NCBI GenBank assembly: GCA_030390025.1
Contig: CM059432.1
Span: forward strand, 23,934,001-23,998,000
Direction of reading: 5' to 3'
DNA: 64,000 nucleotides
Origin: Squalus acanthias
Lineage: Eukaryota
The notes under the pieces are model-generated. The model was not told the DNA's origin. It saw nothing but the letters and a program-made list of their open reading frames with translations, and did no database searches. Below are positions 1 to 11,914 of the stretch, piece after piece (position 1 is the first letter of the stretch; each line of letters begins with the position of its first letter). Made by a program: the position numbers and the translations under genes.

Positions 1-333
1 ATACAGCAGACAATAATGATCCTGCAAACCTTGGAGGTTCTGTCCATGGCAGCCACAAGAGTGTCATGTGCCAGGACTGAAAATGGTAGAATTGGTGTAG
101 CAGGAGCAATCCTGCCAATCTCTCTTTGCCTTCAAATGAGTGTGGCACAGATGATTGGCACAAAATGGAAGCATAGTGGCAGCTTTCTGGGAAACAGGCA
201 TTGACCTGCATGATACGATGCTGGTGCTCAAAGAACTGCTACACATAGAACATCTTTCTGTTCATGTAGGCTGTTACATTATGGATAGTGGCCCAGATAG
301 GTCACAGGAGTGTCGTCAATCACCTCTGTACTG

Positions 334-1215
334 GTGAGGCCATGAAGAGATTTAAACACAAGAATGAGAATTTAAAATTGGAGAGAGTGGGGGATCAGAA
401 GCCAATGTAGGTCAGCAGGGACTGGTTGAACAGGACATGGTGCGGGATAGGATACAGGCAGAGAGTTTTGGATGGGCTGATGTTTACAGAGGGCGCAGAA
501 GGGAGGCTGGCCAGCAAAGCATTGGAATAGTCGAGTCTGGGGTGACAAAGGCATGAGTGAGGGTTTCAGGGGCAGATGGGCTGAGGCAGGGTCGGAGGCA
601 GGCAATGTCATAGAAGTGGAAGTAGGTGGTCTTTGTGATGGAGAGCATATGTGATTGGAAGCTCAGCTCAGGATTGAATACGATGCCGAACTGGCAAACA
701 GTCTGGTTCAGCCTGAGAAAGTGGGCGTGGGGGGGAGGGCGTGGGGGGGAGGGCGCGGGGTTGGTGGTGGTAGGCATGGAATCGGTGGCGAGGGTATGGA
801 GCTTATGGTGGGGCATAAGGCTTCAATCTTCTCAATGTTTAACTGAAGGAAATTGCGGCTCATCCAAGGATAGATATTGGACAAACAGTCGAATAACACA
901 GAGACAGTGGAGCGGTCGCGAGAGATGGTGCAGAGGTAGAATTGGGTGTTGTCAGCGTACATGTGGAATCTGACCCCATATCTGTGGATAATGTCACCAA
1001 GGAAGGTGCATTTCAATGCTGCGGCAGGGACTGAAACTTGATTAGAGAGATTCAAACATGGAGTTGCAGGAAAGATGAACATGGATTTGGGAGGCGGGAA
1101 CACATTCAAAAACTTTGGAGAAAAAACGGAGGTTGGAGATGGGGCATAGTTTGCAAGGACAGAGAGGTTGAGGGTGGGTTTCTGAGGAAGCCTCCAAATC
1201 TTCATCCTCTAGACG
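334..1215 (-). mobile_element. L2 LINE ORF2 fragment, decayed and internally deleted
   Basis: Minus-strand frames give PISNLRFFSKVFE, LGDIIHRYGVRFHMYADNTQFY (YADD-like) and ELSFQSHMLSITKTTYFH...ETLTHAFVT, typical of L2 RT/C-terminus. It is homologous to 35961-36640. Confidence 0.85.
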
Positions 1216-2252
1216 CAGACCCGATGGATGGCATAGGCTGAGTATGGACAGTAATCCTTTAGTGCCACCTGGCATCTCTAGCAGCTCTTTAGTTGTGTAA
1301 TCAAGTGTTAGGACAATATTAAAAGCAATCCCTATTGTGGTGAACTTTCTTCCAACATAGACTGAGTGAAACAGTATTTCTTTCACAATCCCATTGAGTG
1401 GGAACCTGGCTAAGGTGCAACTCGATTCACATAAGCTGTAGGAATGCATTACATGGGCAAAGTGTAAAACCTATAATTTTGTATGTTTCTGCCTTAACTT
1501 ATGCAGACAAAAACTTGCACAATTAGGCTAATGCACACATTAAACACATGCCAATCTCAACATTTCCTCAGAAATTTGACAACTGTTAGAAAAGGATCCA
1601 GAAGCAGGTACAGATGCACATTCCAGAAGTTACTTGACAACATCTGACATTTGCAGTCAGCCTAACTAATATGACTGACTGTAGGCTGTAGGCCACAGTC
1701 CACCAATGTGCATCATCCAGGCTCATACATGAAGAATGTGGGAGAGCTGCTAATGGAACTGTACCCAACCACGAGTCAGCTGCTTCAGGAGCAGAAATAA
1801 AATGTAGGCAAGTGGTGTGAGACCATCCCCAGGAGATACTCCAACATGGAACAAAAGAACAGAGTAGATAAAAAAATTATTTTTTGATAATACCAAAACA
1901 GTTTACAAACTCAACAATTTCAAGTCAATTTACCAAGGAAACAAAGCGAACATTGGTTCAGTCAGTGTTGTGCAGACACTATTGGACCATTGATTGAGCG
2001 TAAGTTTTAAACTTGACGTTCCTTTGCTGCAGGGGCTGAATCTGAAATGGAGTCAGAGTATCGCCTGAAAGGTGGTCCGACACCTCTCGCCTAAATTAAG
2101 CTTGAGCGACTTCACACCTGAATTACATTACACAGTTTGCATTGATGTGAAGCATAAACACGTTACATTGATTCAAACTGTTTGATATAATTAATTAATC
2201 CTGACTTAAATTTGACTTTGCTGTTACTTTATGCTGCCATAGTAATTGTAGA

Positions 2253-2390
2253 TTGTTTGGAAACTGCTGTCATGCATTGGATGTATGAAGTGACATATGG
2301 CACATTCACTGGTTCTTAAGTATGTGGCCCTGAAGACGCACTATTATAACATTCCTTGATGTCCCAGCCCATCTGGGCATGTATGTGTAC
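2253..2390. repeat. Direct repeat copy 1 (about 135 bp), unclassified
   Basis: ttgtttggaaactgctgtcatgcattgga...cattccttgatgtcccagcccatctgggcatg aligns by eye with 3226-3359. Confidence 0.85.
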
Positions 2391-3225
2391 AGATGACAAC
2401 GATTATAACTGCACCAGCTCATCTGCATGACTGACATTTGGTGAAATGTCAGAGCAACAGAAATTTAAAAAATAGCTTCTAATTTCGGAGAAAGCCAAGC
2501 AAAATAATCAAAATAAAATGTTTACTCACAGGACACTTGCAGTGTATCCAGCATAAACTGCTATAATTATAGCATCTATTAAGTGTTAGAACTGTGACAC
2601 ATTCAAACAGGGGAGCCATTATAACCCTGCCTCATTGGCAACAAAGCCCATTAGGATATAATGGTACATTTTGTGAAGCTGTGCGGCAGCAGAAATTAGG
2701 AGGTAAAGTAGATTTTGTGTGTTTCTTTTCTTCCATTTTCCCCTCTCTGAAGTCTTTAGGCATTATGATACTTCTGTGCATGTGAGAACCAGTAAAGGAC
2801 CTGCACCCTGACTTCCAGCAATTATGTTCTTTAGCCGACAACTGGAGAGTGGTCAGGAGTGGGTAAATCTCCATCTAATTTTGCCTTTTCTTTGTGTGAC
2901 ACCTCTTTCTGCTCAGCAGCATGGTCACAAATGGGAACCCAGCTTGTGGGGCAGCACCTCGAAGCTGCAGGTTGGTTTAATGAAGATGTGGCAAATTAGA
3001 TTCTTTCATAAAATGGGGCCTTGGCTTACTCCAGATATTGTCCCTGTAGAATGATGCTGAACCAGCTTTTCTGGTCTCATAAAGGTATTGTGGTTCGTTT
3101 GGAATCAGGTCTACTGATGGATCACTTCCTAGTATCAATTTTAAATGAAATGAAAAAATATATAACCTTTCTTGATAATTCTACCATTAAAGCAATAGAA
3201 ATGCTTGGAGCTATAACATCAAAGT

Positions 3226-3359
3226 TTGTTTGGAACCTGCTGTCATGCATTGGATATATTAAGTGACATATCACTTTTACTGGTTCTAAAGTATGTAACA
3301 CTGAAGATTCAATATTACAACATTCCTTGATGTCACAGGCCATCTGAGCATGTGTATAC
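3226..3359. repeat. Direct repeat copy 2 (about 135 bp), unclassified
   Basis: ttgtttggaacctgctgtcatgcattgga...cattccttgatgtcacaggccatctgagcatg. Confidence 0.85.
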
Positions 3360-3394
3360 TTTTTAAGTGCAGTGACCATCATTATGTAGGCAAA

Positions 3395-3710
3395 TGTGAT
3401 CACTGTCTTGCAACAGTAAATCCCACAAACATCCATAAAATGAATGAATAACCAATTAATCTGTTTTTAGTGGTGGGAAAACTCCCTGCTCATCTTCAAA
3501 TAGGTCCATGTGATCTTTAATACGCATCTGAAGCAAGGGTGCAGTCAAATGGAGCCTTGGTTTAACATCTCATCTGAAATAGTGCAACAGTGTGGCACTC
3601 CCTAAATACTGTACTGGAGGATCAGGCAGATTATATGTTCTGGTGTGGGGCTTGAACCCCGAATTTTCTTATTCAGAGACAAGAGTACTGCCAACTGAGC
3701 CAAGCTGACC
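3395..3710 (-). mobile_element. Old DeuSINE (SacSINE1-like) copy
   Basis: Reverse tRNA-like head (gggcttgaacccc...actgagccaagctgac) and diverged body matching 4764-5257. Confidence 0.75.
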
Positions 3711-4019
3711 CATTAAGCATTTGAAAAGACCTCCTTGTTACAACTTATACCTAAATCCTACCCATCAGTTTTAATCGCTTCACTATAAAAGACGAGTACT
3801 TCGTTCTCATGATTAAAACATATCAAAATGTTCTAGTTCCGTGAACAGCTACAGCTAGTGTGCCACAGGGGCTTCTAAAATAATCTAGCCTTTGAGCACA
3901 GACAAAATCTAATAATTACTTCTGGCCGGTGACCAATTAATCAATGCGGCACAGTCCTACACTCACCACGGCAGTGACAGTGAGGATTTTTATTTTACAT
4001 TGGATTCATTGTAATCATG

Positions 4020-4250
4020 CTGTCTTTGTACTGAGTTCGCTGATCTCAGAGGGAGTGACAACAGGGCCTGCTAAAATTGGCTCTTTCACCTCCGGGCATG
4101 GCAAAATAAATTAGTCAGAGTTTGTATTCTTGATCATTACATAGTGCCCCAGCGAGCAAGTGCCTGTGTATGGACATTGGGTGAAGGCAGGTTCAGGCTT
4201 AGCTGCAATGCCTCATGTAATCATTTCTTCAGCCCATTCACACAGCCACA
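4020..4250 (+). mobile_element. AmnSINE2-like ancient SINE fragment
   Basis: ctgagttcgctgatctcag...ctaaaattggc...gtgtatggacattgggtgaaggcagg. The same motif series recurs at several other positions in the window. Family name is from a recalled consensus. Confidence 0.55.
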
Positions 4251-4763
4251 CTCAAGAGCACTGTCCTGGAAATGTATTCTACAAATCTATTTGTTCCTGC
4301 TTTAAAAAGTGTTATCCAAATCCCTCTTCCAACTGAGAAACCCAAGTGAAGGGCCAAGACCCATAGTACAGCATGTGCTCAAGGTCAAAAAGAGTAGGGA
4401 ATTTTCGAAAGAAAAATACCAAATTGTTTTAACTTGCTAAATTCAGTTGGAAAATGAAGAAATACCCTTTTCTCCTTAAGGTATTGTAGAATGATGCCTT
4501 AGAAAGCCTTTAATTAGGAACTAACAACTGAGGAGATATGTCATATCATGCAAGTCATTGTCTGCCAAAAAGTGAGGCCAAGGATTAACAAAATCACTGG
4601 TGAGCTACAGCATTCATTGCTACAATTAGTTCCCATTTTCTGAGTGTTTGAATATAGTTGTACAAACAACACATAAGATCCCATTGTTCTCAGGGACAGT
4701 AACAGGCAGGGATTCACCACCTCATATTGTATTTTTTTTTTAACCCTCTCTTTACTCTTTAGG

Positions 4764-5257
4764 GTAATCAGCGGTGGCTCAGTAATCAGAGGTGGCTCAG
4801 TTGGTAGCACTCTCGCCTCTGAGTCAGAAGGTTGCGGGTTCAAGTCTCACTCCAGAGACTTCAGCACAAAAATCTAGGCTGTCACTCCAGTGCTCTACTG
4901 AGGGAGTGCTGCACTGTCGGAGGTGCCGTCTTTCGGATGAGACGTTAAAGCGAGACCCCGTCTTCTCTCTCCAGTGGACGTAAAAGATCAAATGGCACTA
5001 TTTCGAAGAAGAGCAGGGGGGTTATCCCCGGTGTCCTGGAAAATATTTATTCCTCAACCAACATCACTAAAAAAAATGATTATCTGGTCATTATCACGTT
5101 GCTGCTTGTGGGAGCTTGCTGTGTGCAAATTGGCTGCCACGTTTACTACATTACAACAGTGACTACTCTTCAAAAAGTACTTCATTGGCTGTAAAGCGCT
5201 TTGGGATGTCCAGTGGTCGTGAAAGGCGCTATATAAATACAAGTCTTTCTTTTTTTT
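4764..5257 (+). mobile_element. Full-length tRNA-derived DeuSINE (SacSINE1-like)
   Basis: A box tggctcagttgg, B box ggttcaagtctc, Deu domain (ggatgagacgttaaa...atggcactatttcgaagaagagcagggg...ccccggtgtcctgg) and L2-type tail aaaggcgctatataaatacaagtctttc. The 5' end has an 18-bp tandem duplication. Confidence 0.9.
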
Positions 5258-5904
5258 AACAATTGGTTTTATTAATATTCAAACACAACAGGTTTACAAA
5301 TAGAAATGCAGACAACCTTAAGTCAGTAGTACAACTCGAAACACAAAATGATCAAATTCCTCTGGTTCAGGAGACTGAGAGGTTAATTCTCCGTTGACAT
5401 CATTCTTGGTGTTCTTCCAGTCTGTCTCGTGGACTGTCTCCTCCTTTCACTTTAGAATGGCCGCTCTTATACGATTCTCGCTGGCAAAATCAAGCTGCTG
5501 GTACTTTCCCCTCTCTCTCTTTCCCATGATTCAAACAAGCTGATGCTACAGCAATCTGATGATTACGACAGTTTCCTACAGACTTTCGGGGCCGAGACAG
5601 GCAGCTGTCTTATCTTTAACCTTGCCCCTTATCTCTGCGAAAGTACATCGTCTCAGTTAGCTTTCTAAACAGTCTGAAGCAATAATAATACCTTTCGAGC
5701 TTGGTCAACCTTCCCAGAATGCTGTCTTGAAGAGTCAAGTGCAACATTTCTGTGTTCCATCCTTTGTTGAAACAAATCCTGCTCCTTTAGCAAGTTAAAA
5801 TTCCATATTGAAAAGTCCAAACTCCTTCAATATTCACACTGATTACAGTGAATTCTTTTTGTTCATTAACTGTCCTGATGCCTCTGTTCATAAATGCACT
5901 GCCA

Positions 5905-6120
5905 AGTGTTGAACTGAGGCTCGTGGACCAGGAAGATCAAGGAGGGCTGCTAAAATTGGCCTCAGTGCCCCAGGACTCTGAAGATGCAAACATTAGCCGG
6001 TAACTCCTTGCAGGAGCGTGTTCCTATGTGAATACCAGGTGAGAATGTGATGGGCTGAGCTGTGCTGAACTGCCTTGCCCACCACCCTCTCCTCCCAATG
6101 ACCTTGATGATCGCACATAA
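5905..6120 (+). mobile_element. AmnSINE2-like SINE fragment
   Basis: gctgctaaaattggcctcagtgcccc...gtgagaatgtgatgggctgagctgtg. Confidence 0.5.
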
Positions 6121-7181
6121 AGGGGGGAACTTTAACCTAAAAAAACAGGTGGGTTGGAGGCGTGGGGGCAGTTAATGTATTAAAAATCTGAACCGACCTG
6201 AACCTGACTCTAATACAAAAAGAAAATACTGCAGATGCTGGAAATCCGAAATAAAAACAGAAAATGCTGGTGATACTCAGCAGGTCAGGCAGCATCTGTG
6301 AAGAGAGAAACAGAGTTAACGTGACTCGAACCCGGCCACTTCCGGTTCTAACGGAGGCGGGATGGGGGCGGGCAGCCAATCCGCTGCCAGGAGGTGGGTC
6401 ATCTATTTAAATATTATAATGAGGCTGGAAGCCTCTGATGTAACCTCCAATTTGAATTTAACTTTAGCTGGTTAGGTTTTGCACACCTCGTGAAACCCGT
6501 CAGCTAAAGCAAGGCGAGGACTGCCGGATCCAGGAGGTAAGTGCCTTTACACTAACCTCCGGGATCCAGGGCCACTACCTAACCCACTCCCCGTGATCAG
6601 AGACCCCCCCCATGAGGCCTCCAATCCCTCTCCAGGCCTATCATCCCCTCCCAGACCTCCGATCCCCTCCCAGGTCTCTGATCCCACCCACGAGGTCTCC
6701 CCACCCCCCGCCATGCACCTCCTGCCCCCGATCCTCAGGATCCCCCTTGCTGCTATCCCCAATCGATCTTCAGACCCACCCCGCACGCTTCTCCAGGCTG
6801 CCGATCTTCAGACCCACCCCCACCCCCTGCTCCTCCACGCCATTGGCCGATCTTCAGACCACCCCCTGCTCCTCCACACCGCCGATTGATCTTCAGACTC
6901 CCTCACATGCTTTTCCACACCACCGACCTTCAGAAACCCTCTGCCCCCCGCCCCCCCTCCTCACTGCTCCTCCAGGCCGACCCTCACGCGATCCCTCCCT
7001 CCCTTCTCTGTGTGGCCTAGTGCCGCAGGCCTACCCGCCCGGAGCCAGCCAGATTCTCATTCAAGTCAGGCCCTGCCGTTAAATTCGGCAGAGCCTGTGG
7101 GTAACCCGTTCTCCCGGGTTTCCGGACCGCCTTGGAGCCCCTCCCCGCCCCCAACCCGCCTTCGCCATTAAAATTCAGCCC
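6121..7181. mobile_element. Harbinger-type non-autonomous element (MITE) with internal C-rich minisatellite
   Basis: Degenerate inverted ends (aggggggaactttaa ... ttaaaattcagccc followed by taa), GC-rich subterminal motifs and an internal ag|gtaagt. The architecture resembles 45156-47496. Confidence 0.55.
6211..6321. mobile_element. Short Penelope-like terminal-repeat fragment inserted in the MITE
   Basis: aatactgcagatgctggaaatccgaaataaaaacagaaaatgctgg...gagttaacg, flanked by direct repeat tgactc (6205-6210, 6322-6327). Same family as 48085-48216. Confidence 0.55.
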
Positions 7182-7832
7182 TAAGAGTGGAGATTTGGAC
7201 AAGGTGTTGTAAGGAAGGTGGCACATATGGAACCACACAAAATAATCACGGGAGGAGGAAAATGGCTTTCATAGATTTCCAGTAGCAGTGGAAAGTACAG
7301 TGCACTGTAAAGCTGGGAATTGTTTTGTCTGCATTTGTCTAAGGCACTCATATAGTCTCTGAAAGGGGAAGTCAACCTTAAGGCAAATACAAATTCTGAA
7401 AGGAGAAAGGTCAGAACACAATCTAAATCTGCACAACCTTCTACAGCACTGGTTACAATAGTTATCCTAGCTCATTGGAGATGAATAACTACTGGATGAA
7501 ATTTAGCAAGCTCCCTGAGTGGATCTATGTGGATTCCTTCACAAAGTAAGGCTCAGGCTAACTGTCTGTAATAGTTCTACGACTCATGTAGTGCGATACC
7601 TAGCTTGATATTCTCGAGTGGTTATTTTTCCCTCTGCTACTTTCTCTGTTGTTAGTTAAAGCAAATTGCTAAAAGCAGCATCAGATGTTGCAGTGCAACA
7701 TGTATCTGAGCAACTGAAAGCACATTAACAGTGGCAAGATCCCTTTAATTTGCCATTTTATATCAAAGGTAGTTAAAACATTAATATTGCCTTTTGATTC
7801 CCATATGAGTGGCACTGAGGCTAATTGTAGTT

Positions 7833-8595
7833 ACATAAGAACATAAGAAATAGGAGCAGGAGTTGGCCATTTGGCCCTTCGAGCCTGCTCCGCCATTCAA
7901 TAAGATCATGGCTGATCTTCTACCTCATCTCCACTTTCCTGCACTATCCCCATATCCCTTGATTCCCTTAATATTCAAAAATCTATCGATCTCTGTCTTG
8001 AATATACTCAACGACTGAGCCTCCACAGCCCTCTGGGGTAGAGAATTCCAAAGATTCACCACCCTCAGTGAAGAAATTTCTCCTCATCTCAGTCCTAAAT
8101 GGCCGACCCCTTATTCTGAGACTGTGACCCCTAGTTCTAGACTCCCCAGCCAGTGGAAACATCCTCCCTGCATCTACCCTGTCAAGCCCTGTAAGAATTT
8201 TTTATGTTTCAATGAAATCACCTCTCATTCTTCTAAATTCTAGAGAATATAGGCCTAATCTACTCAATCTGTCCTCATAGGACAACCCCCCATCCCAGGA
8301 ACCAGTCTGGTGCACGTTTGTTGCACTTCCTCTATGAGAAGTATATCCTTCCTTAGGTAAGGAGACCAAAACTGTACACAATACTCCAGATGTGGTCTCA
8401 CCAGGGCCCTATATAATTGCAGTAAGATGTCTTTACTCTTATACTCAAATCCTCTTGTAGTAAAGGCCAACATATCATTTGATTTCCTAATTGCTTGCTG
8501 TACCTGCATGTTAACTTTCAGTGATTCGTGTACAAGGACACACAAGTCCCTCTGAACACCAACATTTCCCAATCTCTCACCATTTAAAAATGCTA
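7833..8595 (-). mobile_element. CR1 LINE 3' fragment
   Basis: ORF 8264-8614 LYRALVRPHLEYCVQFWSPYLRKD, with CR1 3' stem-loop and (acataaga)n tail. Confidence 0.95.
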
Positions 8596-9221
8596 CTGCC
8601 GTCTTGCCTGACATCAGTTAACTCAGCACACATATTCCTAGTCTGTATGGCTCGTCAGATGGTGCAGTTACACATTAAGTTATTCACAAGGGGCTCTGCA
8701 GTTATGCACAATTTTCCTTTATATCTGGTTACGTGGAGTTAGCTCCTGTTTAAATCACATACATGTTAGCCCAGGGTCATCATTGCCAACAAGTAACTAT
8801 TGGTCACAAGTAAGTCAGAATCAAAGAAGAAACCAATATGGGTGCACTTTAGTTTTCATATCAAATCTATTGGCGTGCAATTAACATTATGCATTTGGAA
8901 AAAGCAATCTCGGGTTATTTTAATATCATTATTAACAAAGTACCAAGCTGTTGGTTTAGTTCTTCCTTTCTTTCCATTTTGTGATATTGGGCTTCATTTT
9001 ATTCGTGCAGTAATTTTCTTTGACAAGTTTACCTGTTCGTGCCTCTATAGCTTTTGACAGCAAAGCCTAAGGAAATACTACTATACGCTGAATAATTTAG
9101 GAGATGATAATCCTGCACCTTCTTAGTGACCTGAAATGTCTTCATGTATCCTGGAGACAGGAATTGCTATGTTGGGATTTTCAGTGGCAATCTGTTCTAT
9201 CAAGATTCAACCCAGCCTATA

Positions 9222-9460
9222 GAAAATGGCACAGTGTGTGTTAAAACACTGTCCTTTTTACCTCAAGGACCTGGGTTCAAATCCAGTCATGACAAAAGGG
9301 ATAATCGTCTTCTCTTTCTGACAGCTGTTAAGGATCCGAAGTGAATGGTTTCTTGGCAGCTCAGTCCAGCTCTCAGTGCAGATGTGAGACCACAAGAAAA
9401 AGCTGCATCAAAATTCATTATTAATCGCCACTAATTTGGCAATGCACACCAGCAGAATAG
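9222..9460 (+). mobile_element. LF-SINE-like tRNA SINE, diverged
   Basis: ccttttacctcaaggacctgggttcaaatccag (B box), ctgacagctgtt, ctcagtccagctctcagtg and gccactaatttggca follow the motif order of the recalled LF-SINE consensus. Confidence 0.6.
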
Positions 9461-9785
9461 AGTGTTGAGGGGATATATATATATATGAGATGAGGATGTT
9501 GAGGGATTTTATCAGGGCAATGTTCATTCCAAAAGTACTAAAAGCAAATAGAGTTTCAAGTAATTATTGTTTTTTCAATTGAGGAACCCGGTTGAAGGAC
9601 ACCGCCAAGGTTGAATCAAAGTAAGTGCAAAGATGTAAGAAAGAGTGATCAATTGTTGAGAAGCTTGGGCTTTGCAAACCTATGAATTAGAGCAGGAAGG
9701 GAATACTGAGGGAGGTTATGAGTTTCATAGTTTTGAGGTCCTGGGAAAGAGTGAGTTCGTGTAACAGAGAATTGAATGATTCTAG

Positions 9786-10190
9786 CATAGAATTACATGG
9801 AATGTACAGCACAGAAACAGGCCATTCGGCCCAACTGGTCCATGCCGGTGTTTATGCTCCATATGAGCCTCCTCCCACCATACTTCATCTAACCCTATCA
9901 AAGTAACCTTCTATTCCTTTCTCCCTCATGTGCTTATCTAGCTTCCCCTTAAATGTATCTATGCTATTCGCTTTAACGACTCCTTGTGGTAGCGAGTTCC
10001 ACATTGTAACCACTCTCTGGGTAAAGAAATTTCTCCCGAATTCCCTATTGGATTCACCCACAAATTTTGAAATTGTACTTTTGATTTCCAAGTCCAAATT
10101 GTTTGTGTAAATAACGAACAACAGTAGTCCCAGCACCAATCCTCGTGGGGCACCACTTCCCATTTTTTACCAGTAACTACCCTTAACCCC
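9786..10190 (-). mobile_element. CR1 fragments (3' end joined to RT segment); continues at 11708-11835
   Basis: ORF 9885-10163: GLVLGLLLFVIYTNNLD...NFFTQRVVTMWNSLP. The RT segment resumes after the Zenon-like LINE and MITE insertions. Confidence 0.85.
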
Positions 10191-10828
10191 AACCACATAA
10201 ATACTGTGGCAACAAGAGCAGGTCAGAGGCTAGGTATTCTGCGGCGAGTGTCTCACCTCCTGACTCCCCAAAGCCTTTCCACCATCTACAAGGCACAAGT
10301 CAGGAGTGTGATGGAATACTCTCCACTTGCTTGGATGATTGCAGCTCCAACAACACTTATGAAGCTCGACATCATCCAGGACAAAGCAGCCCGCTTGATT
10401 GGCAATCCCATCTCCTAGCTTAAACATTCATTCCCTCCACCACCAGCATACCGTGGCTGCAGTGTGTTCCATCTACAAGATGCACTGCAGCAATTCGACA
10501 AGGCTTCTTCGGCAGCACCTCTCAAACTCGCGACCTCTACCACCTAGAAGGACAAGGGCAGCAGGCGCATGGGAACACCACCACCTCCAAATTCCCCTCC
10601 AAGTCACACACCATCCTGACTTGGAAGTGTATCGCCGTTCCTTCGTCGTTGCTGGGTCAAAATCCTGGAACTCCCTCCCTAACAGCACTGTGGGAGTACC
10701 CTCACCACATGGACTGCAGCGGTTCAAGAAGGCGGCTCACCACCACCTTCTCGAGGGCAACTAGGGATGGGCAATAAATGCTGGCATTGCCAGCGATGCC
10801 CACATCCCATGAATGAATTTTAAAAAAC
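10191..10828 (+). mobile_element. Zenon-like CR1-group LINE, 3' fragment
   Basis: RAGQRLGILRRVSHLLTPQSLSTIYKAQVRSVMEYSPLAW...HGLQRFKKAAHHHLL, and 3' UTR gggatgggcaataaatgctgg...cccacatcccatgaatgaa. Confidence 0.85.
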
Positions 10829-10831
10829 TCT

Positions 10832-11704
10832 GGGGGAAAAATTCAGTCGCGCCCCGTTTGGGGCGCAAATATCGGCCGGGCGCAAAAATTAGCGCCTGGC
10901 GCTAATTATCGCCACTGACTGGAAACTTCACTTTTATCGACCCCTGAGGTGATTGGAGCGCTAAATCAGGCGCTTCACACCTGTCTTAAGGCGCAAAGGC
11001 CGAGGAGCGAGGCGCTAACTCAGAGCGCTGGCGAAGCTCATGTGATGTTAGGCAGCAATGGAACACACACTCAATGGCACCGGCCAGTTCTTAAAGGGGA
11101 TGGTTGATCTTGCTTTCCATCCACATCCTGCTCATTGCAGCCTTGAATCCCGGCCTGGAGAGACCTGCACATCAAATCTGCTGGAAAGAACAATGGAGAG
11201 TACCAGGGAAGGAGCTTAGAGTGCAGCCCCAACAGTCTCTTCTAAATCGATACAAGGAATGGCAAATCAAAATGAACCTGCAAAGTGCTGCTCAGTACCC
11301 AAAACTCCTTCACACAATGTTGAATCTCTCCAGATGTCTCTCTCTCTCTCTCTCAGAATGCGTAGTTCAAAAATGGCACCAACACCCTTTAAATAGCGCT
11401 CCCCCAGTCCCTTCATGACTGCAGAACGCTCCCCTCAACCTGTCGTTGCTAGCGTCAGGCGGTAAGGCAGGGGGCGCCACTCAATATCCGCTCCGGGGCG
11501 ATACCGGGGCGTTGCACACTCGACTGACGTCACGATCTGCCGGCGCAGGAGGTCGTGGCGGTAGTGTTTAGCACCGCCGCAAAATGTCTAGTTAATTTCG
11601 CGAGCGGCGCAAACATCGCTGCGCCCGGGCGCTAGCAGCTTTGCGCCCCATTAGCGCCCTCTTAAGGCGCTAACGGGAGGCGCAACCAACTGAATTTTTC
11701 CCCC
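10832..11704. mobile_element. Young CpG-rich MITE (873 bp), probable PIF/Harbinger non-autonomous element
   Basis: Perfect 16-bp TIRs gggggaaaaattcagt / actgaatttttccccc and TSD tct (10829-31, 11705-07). Near-identical copies lie at 21031 and 21541. Confidence 0.92.
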
Positions 11705-11914
11705 TCTTGTGTTTTGTAGCCAGCTTGCTATGCATTCTGCTACCCTGACTTCACATGTTCTGACCTTAGTCATGAGTCTACTATGTGGTGCCTTAGCGAA
11801 GGCCTTTTGAAGATCCAAATATATTACATCTATACTACATAATTCTTTATTTCAATACAGTGATCATGCAGGGAGGAAGAACATTATGAAAGATGGTGAA
11901 TATGCAGTTAGGAA

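Noticed and set aside
1..333. Possible hAT transposase C-terminal remnant
   Set aside because: There is only a vague resemblance across frameshifts, and no diagnostic motif is intact. It needs a profile search.
5258..5900. Possible solo LTR (also 18700-19340 and 52880-53500)
   Set aside because: Composition and polyA/TATA-like words are suggestive, but I could not define TG...CA ends, TSDs, a PBS or a second copy.
6547..7082. Proline/glycine-rich ORFs, and a CRISPR-like repeat-spacer look
   Set aside because: These are by-products of a low-complexity C-rich minisatellite. The repeats are short and degenerate, the spacers resemble each other, the context is eukaryotic and there are no cas genes.
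11104..11418. Repeated ORF of about 104 aa in the MITE copies
   Set aside because: The reading frames and ends differ between copies, the start codons are non-ATG, and there is no recognisable domain.
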